Assembly: GCA_965197905.1 (NCBI GenBank)
Contig: CBDAOB010000005.1
Span: 1,228,176-1,292,175 of the forward strand
Length of the DNA stretch: 64,000 nt
Origin: Candidatus Latescibacterota bacterium
Lineage (GTDB): Bacteria > Latescibacterota > UBA2968 > UBA8231
Reading direction: 5' to 3'
Shown here: in pieces, positions 57,588 through 64,000 of the stretch
Position numbering within the stretch: the first letter of the stretch is position 1
Layout of the letters: every line of letters begins with the position of its first letter
Position numbers and translations under genes: made by a program
Notes under the pieces: generated by a model
Told to the model about the DNA's origin: nothing
Databases searched by the model: none
What the model saw: the letters and a program-made list of their open reading frames with translations, nothing else

Positions 57588-58698
57588 TCAGACTATCTAC
57601 TTCTGCCTTCAGGCGGGGAAGCACTTCGTCGTATGGAAACTGGCCGACCAGGTGGGTTCCCCGCTTCAGGTTTACGAAGTTGGGGGCGCACCACAGCCCG
57701 AGATCGGCATCGTCGGTTTCTCCAGGTCCATTGACCCGGCACCCCATCACCGCAATGGTAATGGAGTGCCGCTTCGCATATTCTGTCGTTTCGCGGACCT
57801 GTTGCGCCAGCTCTATGAACGCCTCGTTTTCGACCCGGGAGCAGGAGGGACAGGAAATGATATTGAGTCCATCCGGCAAAGACTTGGGAACCGATCGAAA
57901 ACGACCGGTTTCGATGTCAGTGAGAATGTCTCGTCCGACGCGGATCTCCTCTCCCTTCTCCTCGAAAGGCAGGGTCAGGGATACTCGCAGGGTGTCGCCG
58001 ATTCCTCTGGGTATCAGCTGCTCGAAAGCGATGCGGGTCTTGATCACCCCGTCCGGAGGCATGCCCGCTTCGGTCACGCCAAGGTGCAAGGGAACATCTG
58101 GTCGTGCCGAAGCGAATCGGTCGTTCGCCTCGATGACCTTGTTCGGGTCGGAGTCTTTGAGGGATACGCAGTAACGAAAGAACCCGAGATCGTCCAGCAG
58201 CTGGCAATGTTCCAGAGCCGAAGCGAGCATGGGACCGATGGAATCACCCTGGGGAAATTTGGCTTTGTGTTCGGGGTCTACGGAGCCGCAGTTGACTCCG
58301 ATGCGAACGGCGCAGTCATTTTCCTGGGCTACGTCGGCGAGATAGGCGACCTTTTCCGCAACCGGAAGGTTCCGTTCGTGGTGGTAAAGGTGTCCCGGAT
58401 TGTAACGAATTTTCTGGACGTACGGGGCTACCTGCTTGGCGAGTCGATAGTTCTCCTGCAAGTCGACGCTGAGTGGGGTCGTCGCCTGCTCGCTGATCTC
58501 GGCCAGCGCTTCCACATCTTTACGGCTGTCTACGGCGATGCGAATCAGGTCGGCGCCAGCCGCCTCCAACAGTTCCACCTGGCGCACGGTCGCGGGGATG
58601 TCCTGAGTGCGGGTAGCCGCCATGCTCTGCACGGCGACCGGGTGATTCGCGCCGATCGGCGTACTGCCTATCCAGACCTCTCGGGTAGGGTTCCTCAT
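57574..58698 (-). CDS. ispG: 4-hydroxy-3-methylbut-2-enyl diphosphate synthase
   Basis: N-terminal TIM-barrel pattern and the C-terminal [4Fe-4S] cysteine motif ISCPSC. Confidence 0.9.
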   Translation of the reverse strand: MRNPTREVWIGSTPIGANHPVAVQSMAATRTQDIPATVRQVELLEAAGADLIRIAVDSRKDVEALAEISEQATTPLSVDLQENYRLAKQVAPYVQKIRYNPGHLYHHERNLPVAEKVAYLADVAQENDCAVRIGVNCGSVDPEHKAKFPQGDSIGPMLASALEHCQLLDDLGFFRYCVSLKDSDPNKVIEANDRFASARPDVPLHLGVTEAGMPPDGVIKTRIAFEQLIPRGIGDTLRVSLTLPFEEKGEEIRVGRDILTDIETGRFRSVPKSLPDGLNIISCPSCSRVENEAFIELAQQVRETTEYAKRHSITIAVMGCRVNGPGETDDADLGLWCAPNFVNLKRGTHLVGQFPYDEVLPRLKAEVDSLIAIK

Positions 58699-58856
58699 AC
58701 GTCACATTTCGTCGGGGATGGCGGATGATTGCTACATTGTACGGGCGTTGAAAATTGTTGTCAAAACAGGTCGCTATTCGGCCAGCAAACGACTCTCTTG
58801 CCGCGGATGACCCAGTTTCGATTCAGCGGCTGTGTTGATCGCCGCCATACCGGTCT

Positions 58857-59996
58857 ATGAAGAAACGAGAATTGCCGAAATCCGAGCCGTATTTGACCGA
58901 GGAGGAGATCGAGACTCTGGTGGCCGACTTCGAGGGGATTTTGCGGTCTAAGACTCTTACCAGGGGGCCGTTTATAGATCGATTCGAGATGGAATTCGCC
59001 ACACTTGCGGGTGTCTCACATGCAGTCGGCATGAGTTCCGGCACGGCTCCACTTGAGGTTGCCATGCGGTTTTGGAACGTGGCAGGCGGCGAGGTGATCG
59101 TGCCCACGAACACCTTTGCCGCGTCGGCAAACGCGGTCCTTCTGGCGGGTGGGACGCCGGTGTTAGCCGACATAACCTGCGAGACTTTGACCAGTGATCT
59201 GGACGCGATCGAAGACCACGTTTCTGACATCACTAGGGGAATCATCGCCGTCCACATCTCGGGGTTTATTCAACCGGATCTTCACGAGGTGCGACGATTC
59301 TGCGATCAGCGGGGTCTCTTCCTGTTGGAAGATGCGGCTCACGCCCATGGAGCCAGCCTGGATGGCCAATCGGCCGGGTCCCTGGGCCACGCCGGCAGCT
59401 TTTCGTTTTTTCCTACCAAACCGATGACCAGTGGAGAGGGGGGGATGTTGACGACGGATGATTCGGAGTTGGCGGGGTTTGCAGAAAGTTTTCGCTGCCA
59501 CGGGATCGACGATGCGGGGAAACGCCTCGAGCGTCTGGGAGCAAACTACCGGTTGCCGGAGCTAAGTGCGGCCCTGGGGCTGCGTCAGCTCGAGCGACTG
59601 GAAGAAAAAATGACATATCGTAAATCGCTGGTAAACAGCTATATAAGTCAATTGAAATCAGTTCCGGACGTAGGAATTTTTCGAGAACCGAAAAACCAGG
59701 TTCACAGTTACTATAAATTCCCGATACTACTCCCGGACTGTTGGGATCGAGAATTCTGCCTGTCCTCGTTGGAGCGGGATTTTGGCATCCGTTGTGGCAC
59801 CATTTACTGGCCGCCCTGCCATCTGGAACCCTTTTACCGGCGGCGTTTCGGCTACGGTCCTGGGAGTTTCCCGACCGCCGAAGAAGTGCTGCCGCGAACC
59901 CTGACCCTGCCGCTTTATAACGGCATGGCACTGGCGGATGTGGAGTATATTTGCGGCGCGGTCAAGGAGGTGGCACGTCGCTACGAAAACGGTTGA
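58857..59996 (+). CDS. DegT/DnrJ/EryC1/StrS family PLP-dependent sugar aminotransferase
   Basis: The overall family pattern, including the GAGDAF-like region and the PLP-lysine region. Confidence 0.8.
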   Translation: MKKRELPKSEPYLTEEEIETLVADFEGILRSKTLTRGPFIDRFEMEFATLAGVSHAVGMSSGTAPLEVAMRFWNVAGGEVIVPTNTFAASANAVLLAGGTPVLADITCETLTSDLDAIEDHVSDITRGIIAVHISGFIQPDLHEVRRFCDQRGLFLLEDAAHAHGASLDGQSAGSLGHAGSFSFFPTKPMTSGEGGMLTTDDSELAGFAESFRCHGIDDAGKRLERLGANYRLPELSAALGLRQLERLEEKMTYRKSLVNSYISQLKSVPDVGIFREPKNQVHSYYKFPILLPDCWDREFCLSSLERDFGIRCGTIYWPPCHLEPFYRRRFGYGPGSFPTAEEVLPRTLTLPLYNGMALADVEYICGAVKEVARRYENG

Positions 59997-60033
59997 CTTT
60001 CTGGCGTCGTTAAGTAAGTTAACGTTTACTATC

Positions 60034-60639
60034 ATGCCTGCTGAAAGGAGAACCCGCAAGAACAAGCGCGAAGCGCTGGTGGGGGCCGCTATCCGGCTGG
60101 TCGCTCAAAAAGGGACCAAAGCCGCTTCCGTTCGGCAGATAGCCGAAGCTGCGGGGGTATCTGAAGCTGCGGTTTATCGACATTTCTCCAGCAAGGAGGA
60201 TCTTTTTTTTCAGGTTTACTGCCAGATCGTCGACGATATGGCGGTCTCCAAGGAAGATATCCTCGGAAGCGGCGAGCCGATGCACCTGCGAATCGGGGGA
60301 TGGGTCCGGGTTACCTACGACTTCTTTGACAAATTCCCCGATGCGTTCACCTTCGTGCTCCTGACTCCGCACAACTTCGAAGAGCGGGATGGGGTTGAGA
60401 TTACCACGAGGCAAGGAGCCATGCTCATGGCCATGCTCGACCGCGACATGAAGGAGGGTCTGTTACCATCTTTTCAACTCGATCTGGCCATGGCGATGTT
60501 TACCGGAGTAATGCTCAACGTGCCGCGGCTGATCAACGAGGGTGCCCTTGCCGCTCCCGCCTCCCAGTATGCAGATCGCGTAGTAGAGGCGATATTCAAC
60601 ATGTTTCGGATCAAAGAATCGACTCGCGCGGAAGCTTGA
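60034..60639 (+). CDS. TetR family transcriptional regulator
   Basis: N-terminal HTH ...SVRQIAEAAGVSEAAVYRHF. The start is reassigned to MPAERR. Confidence 0.7.
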   Translation: MPAERRTRKNKREALVGAAIRLVAQKGTKAASVRQIAEAAGVSEAAVYRHFSSKEDLFFQVYCQIVDDMAVSKEDILGSGEPMHLRIGGWVRVTYDFFDKFPDAFTFVLLTPHNFEERDGVEITTRQGAMLMAMLDRDMKEGLLPSFQLDLAMAMFTGVMLNVPRLINEGALAAPASQYADRVVEAIFNMFRIKESTRAEA

Positions 60640-60640
60640 G

Positions 60641-61276
60641 ATGTCGGAACGAAAGAGAATTCTGGTTCTAGCGCCCCACACGGACGATGGCGAGTTCGGC
60701 TGCGGAGGAACGATTAGTCGATTCGTCGAAGAGGGGGATGACGTGTATTACGCTGCATTCTCCACCGCCGAGAAGTCTGTCCCACCTGAATTTCCACCCA
60801 ATATTCTGGAGCGCGAGGTCAGATTGGGTACCTGCGTTCTGGGTATACGCCCGGAAAATCTTCTCGTTTACAAATACGAGGTACGCTGCCTGCCGCACGC
60901 CAGGCAAGAGATTCTTGAAGAGCTAGTGCGGCTGAAAGCGGAGATAAACCCCGATACGATTTTTCTTCCGAGCAGTCAGGATCTTCACCAGGACCACCAA
61001 ACCGTTTACACCGAAGGGCTGCGCGCCTTCAAGATGTCGACGGTTCTCGGATATGAACTGCCTTGGAACAACCTCAGTTTCGACTATCGGCATTTCGTCG
61101 TGCTGCAGCAACGCCACGTGGAGACCAAGATCGAAGCGCTGCGGTGTTACCAGTCGCAAGCCCATCGTCCCTACAGCGAAGAGGATTTTATCTGGGGATG
61201 GGCGCGCACGCGGGGAGTACAGATAGCAGCTGAATACGCAGAAGCGTTCGACGTGCTCAGGTGGGTGCTGCCGTGA
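60641..61276 (+). CDS. PIG-L/LmbE family N-acetyl-sugar deacetylase
   Basis: The N-terminal motif ILVLAPHTDDGEFGCGGT (PHxDDE). Confidence 0.7.
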   Translation: MSERKRILVLAPHTDDGEFGCGGTISRFVEEGDDVYYAAFSTAEKSVPPEFPPNILEREVRLGTCVLGIRPENLLVYKYEVRCLPHARQEILEELVRLKAEINPDTIFLPSSQDLHQDHQTVYTEGLRAFKMSTVLGYELPWNNLSFDYRHFVVLQQRHVETKIEALRCYQSQAHRPYSEEDFIWGWARTRGVQIAAEYAEAFDVLRWVLP

Positions 61277-61962
61277 GTCGCGTGTTGGCCGCTCACCAGC
61301 CCAACTATCTTGCCTGGCTAGGTCTTTTCCACAAGGTGGGCAACGCCGACGTCTGGGTGGTTGCCGATGATGTGCAGTTTGCCAAACATGGCTTGACCAA
61401 TCGCAATCGCGTTCGAACAACAACTGGATGGCAGTGGCTTACGGTGCCGGTTCTCACCAGGGGTAAGGGTTTGCAATCCATCGGGCAAGTCGAGATCGAC
61501 AATGCCCGGAATTGGCGCGACAAACATCTCAAGTCGTTGCGATGGAACTACGGCAAGGCACCCTATTTCGCACGCTACGAGGAGGTCCTGGCACGGTACT
61601 ACGAAACCGATTGGCGACATCTGGTGGATCTGAACATGGAATTCTGCCGCTTCGTCCTGGGGGAGCTGCAGATAGAGATCGAGCTTCGCAAGACATCGGA
61701 ATTCGAGGTTCGGGAGGATCGAACTCTTAGGTTGCTCGATTTGGCAACAGCGCTGGACTGCGGGGTCTATCTGGCCGGAGCGGGATCGTCCCGACAATAC
61801 CTCGATCCAGCCGCTTTCGAGCAGGCAGGTATCGAGTGTCGATTCAGCACGTTTCGCCACCCGGTCTACCCCCAATGTTTTCCGGGATTCGAACCGTCCA
61901 TGTCGACCCTGGACCTGCTGCTGAACTGCGGTCCCACGAGCCGGGAGGTGCTGTTTGGCTGA
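61261..61962 (+). CDS. WbqC-like family protein
   Basis: Overall similarity to WbqC-type proteins found in O-antigen clusters. Overlap-coupled to the neighbouring genes. Confidence 0.5.
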   Translation: MGAAVSRVLAAHQPNYLAWLGLFHKVGNADVWVVADDVQFAKHGLTNRNRVRTTTGWQWLTVPVLTRGKGLQSIGQVEIDNARNWRDKHLKSLRWNYGKAPYFARYEEVLARYYETDWRHLVDLNMEFCRFVLGELQIEIELRKTSEFEVREDRTLRLLDLATALDCGVYLAGAGSSRQYLDPAAFEQAGIECRFSTFRHPVYPQCFPGFEPSMSTLDLLLNCGPTSREVLFG

Positions 61963-63097
61963 CAAGGTGTTGATGTTGACGAACGTGCACAGCCCCCTGG
62001 ATCAGCGCATCTATCATAAGGAAGCAAAAACCCTGGCTGCGGCCGGGTACAAGATAACCATTGTGGGTCCGGGAGACGCCGTGCTCCAGGAATGCGATGA
62101 AGGTATCGAGGTCAAGGTCATTCCCGTTCCTCGAACCCCGTGGGACCGTTTGACCAACCTGTGGCGACTGTTCGAGATTGCACGGAGCTCCGATGTGGGT
62201 CTGGTTCACTTCCACGATCCGGAGCTGCTTCCCGTCGCGTTTTTGCTCTCGCTTATGGGCAAGAAGGTCATCTACGACGTCCACGAGCATTTTCACATGG
62301 TTGCCCTGACGCGATCGTGGATACCTGCCGCGGTGAGAAGGCCGCTGGCGTTTGCTGTGGAACACGGCGAACGGTATCTCGGCCGCTACATGAACGCAGT
62401 AGTGGGAGTGGTAGATGAGCAGGGCAACCGCTTTGGCCGGCGCCCCTTCGTCGCGGTCAAGAACTATCCGCGGCTGGAGTGTTTTGATGCCCCCCAGAGC
62501 GCGAGGGGGATATCCTGCGATTTGCTGCACGTGGGCTCCCTGTCGCGAGAACGTGGGGCCCTGCTGTTGCCCCGCATACTCAAGACCCTCAAAGGGACCC
62601 ATCCGACATTCTCTATGCTCAACGTCGGTGGGTTCCATTCCCCGTCCGATGAGCAGCGATTCCATGAGGATCTGGAAAGCTTCGATCTATGCACGAACGT
62701 GCGCTGTCTGCAGCGCCACGTGCCGTACTCCAAGTTGGGCCATCTCATCGCATCGGGCAGAGTGGGATTGGTTCCGGGGATCGTCTGCCCAAAAAATCTA
62801 AAACCGTTTGTGCCCACGAAACTTTTCGAATATTTGGCGTGCGGTGTACCGGTAGTGGCGAGTGATCTGCCCTCCATAAGGGCGCTGCACAATCAGGGTA
62901 GCTGGGGCATCCTGGTGGATCCGGACGATCCGCGGGCCCACGCCGACGCAATCGGCTATCTGCTCGACCATCCGGGCGAAGCCGCCGAGATGGGGAAGAG
63001 GGGCCGGGCGTTGGTTGAGGAGCGGTTCCAGTGGGGCCGCCAGGGCAGCAAGCTACTTTCACTCTACGATCTCGTTCTCAAAGGTGGAGCCGTATGA
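61955..63097 (+). CDS. GT4 family glycosyltransferase
   Basis: GT-B fold with a C-terminal E(X7)E-like region (FEYLACGVPVVASD). Confidence 0.75.
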   Translation: MADKVLMLTNVHSPLDQRIYHKEAKTLAAAGYKITIVGPGDAVLQECDEGIEVKVIPVPRTPWDRLTNLWRLFEIARSSDVGLVHFHDPELLPVAFLLSLMGKKVIYDVHEHFHMVALTRSWIPAAVRRPLAFAVEHGERYLGRYMNAVVGVVDEQGNRFGRRPFVAVKNYPRLECFDAPQSARGISCDLLHVGSLSRERGALLLPRILKTLKGTHPTFSMLNVGGFHSPSDEQRFHEDLESFDLCTNVRCLQRHVPYSKLGHLIASGRVGLVPGIVCPKNLKPFVPTKLFEYLACGVPVVASDLPSIRALHNQGSWGILVDPDDPRAHADAIGYLLDHPGEAAEMGKRGRALVEERFQWGRQGSKLLSLYDLVLKGGAV

Positions 63098-63924
63098 AGG
63101 GTTTGGTCCATTTCATCTCAGCATGCTCGATCTGCCTGGTGTCATCGCATACGCCGAGTTTCGCCGGCGCCTGGAGCCAGCAGAAGGGGCATTATTATGC
63201 CAAGTTTTCGGGTATCTACTACACCTCCGACGAGCGCTACAACGATATGGGCCGGCGCGACGAATTGGGACAGGATGACGATGAATTCAGGTCGACCCAA
63301 GGGTTCCTCTACGTCGAGTACGGAGTAGCCGACAGACTGACCACGGTGGCTCAGTTTCAAGGGGGTAGGTTGGTCAACGAAAACGCGCTGATCCGGCAGA
63401 CGACCGTGGGCACCGGCGATGTAGATCTGGGTCTCAAGTACCAGTGGATCGACGCTCCGGTCGTACTGGCACCATTCGTCACGGCAAAGATACCGGGCGG
63501 CTACGACCAGAAATACGAGCCGCCTCTAGGCACCGGAGATGCCGATCTCGAATTCAGGGTGCTGGCTGCAAAGTCGTTCCACCCGTGGCCGCTGTATATG
63601 GGAGCCGAGGTTGGTTACAGGCTGCGCGGCGGCCCGTTCTCGAATCAGGTTCCGTATCTGGTGGAGGTTGGTTCGCAGTTCCGCGAAGGCATGTTCGCCA
63701 AGATCTATGTCAACGGAACCCAAACCCGTTCGAAGACGGAGAACCTGGGGTTGGTCGGCGCGGGCGTTCAGGTATCGGAAGGAGACTTCGCGAAGTTGGG
63801 ACTGAATCTCGCATTCCAAACGGTGGGATCGATCTGGGTAGACGTGCTTTGGGAGTCCGTGTTCGACGGGAACAACGTCGGAGCCGGTGCGACGTGGGGT
63901 CTGGGAATTTCAACGATACAATAG
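63094..63924 (+). CDS. secreted beta-barrel outer-membrane protein, hypothetical
   Basis: A signal peptide at the reassigned start MKGLVHFISACSICLV. Alternating amphipathic beta-strand pattern. ATGA overlap with the GT4 gene. Confidence 0.4.
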   Translation: MKGLVHFISACSICLVSSHTPSFAGAWSQQKGHYYAKFSGIYYTSDERYNDMGRRDELGQDDDEFRSTQGFLYVEYGVADRLTTVAQFQGGRLVNENALIRQTTVGTGDVDLGLKYQWIDAPVVLAPFVTAKIPGGYDQKYEPPLGTGDADLEFRVLAAKSFHPWPLYMGAEVGYRLRGGPFSNQVPYLVEVGSQFREGMFAKIYVNGTQTRSKTENLGLVGAGVQVSEGDFAKLGLNLAFQTVGSIWVDVLWESVFDGNNVGAGATWGLGISTIQ

Positions 63925-63939
63925 TGACGGAGGTTCGAT

Positions 63940-64000
63940 CATGAAACGATTGGCGCGGCGCGATTTTATGAAGACGGGAGGTGTGGCGGTTATTTCCAGT
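63940..64000 (+). CDS. Tat-signal protein (3' end lies outside the window)
   Basis: MKRLARRDFMKTGGVAVIS twin-arginine motif. Confidence 0.35.

Noticed and set aside
1-64000. CRISPR arrays, rRNA/tRNA genes, and transposases/integrases/prophage genes.
   Set aside because: No spaced direct repeats, no rRNA-like conserved stretches, and no DDE/tyrosine-recombinase-like ORFs were seen. The window looks like stable chromosomal DNA.

Overview
This is a high-GC (about 62%), gene-dense bacterial chromosomal window. It likely comes from a Gram-negative organism, because it carries a SusC-like TonB-dependent receptor, a beta-barrel outer-membrane protein and Tat/lipoprotein signals. I saw no rRNA, tRNA, CRISPR array, transposase or integrase. 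The gene calls below rest on motif-level reading of the six-frame translations; database hits should be re-verified. Housekeeping content: an aspartate-pathway block (hom, a phosphoglycerate-mutase-family ORF inferred to replace homoserine kinase, lysC, asd); recG; a 4-domain ribosomal protein S1 gene that is frameshifted and translationally coupled to trpB-trpA; ispG; a ribokinase/aldolase pair; and aminotransferases. The remainder is mostly cell-envelope and accessory: three or four large GT-C-like polytopic membrane proteins; a MurG::HEAT-repeat fusion coupled to an MraY-like transferase, sitting downstream of a cNMP-binding/receiver hybrid regulator; a YcbB-like L,D-transpeptidase; a lipoprotein cytochrome c; a TonB-dependent receptor disrupted by an 8-bp tandem duplication; and an Opp/Dpp-like ABC importer with no ATPase genes. 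The best candidate for an undescribed system is an overlap-coupled operon at 47.2-54.9 kb. It encodes a Wzx-like flippase, a polytopic TPR membrane protein, an APH/choline-kinase-fold kinase and an HPr-kinase-C-like protein with a degenerate P-loop, with a divergent PF14907-like nucleotidyltransferase. It is flanked by a membrane PilZ protein and an orphan response regulator plus a DHp-only kinase remnant. The enzyme set resembles the accessory kinase/nucleotidyltransferase set of some RiPP clusters, but no core RiPP enzymes are present. A sugar-modification cluster (DegT aminotransferase, TetR, LmbE-like deacetylase, WbqC-like, GT4, beta-barrel OMP) closes the window.
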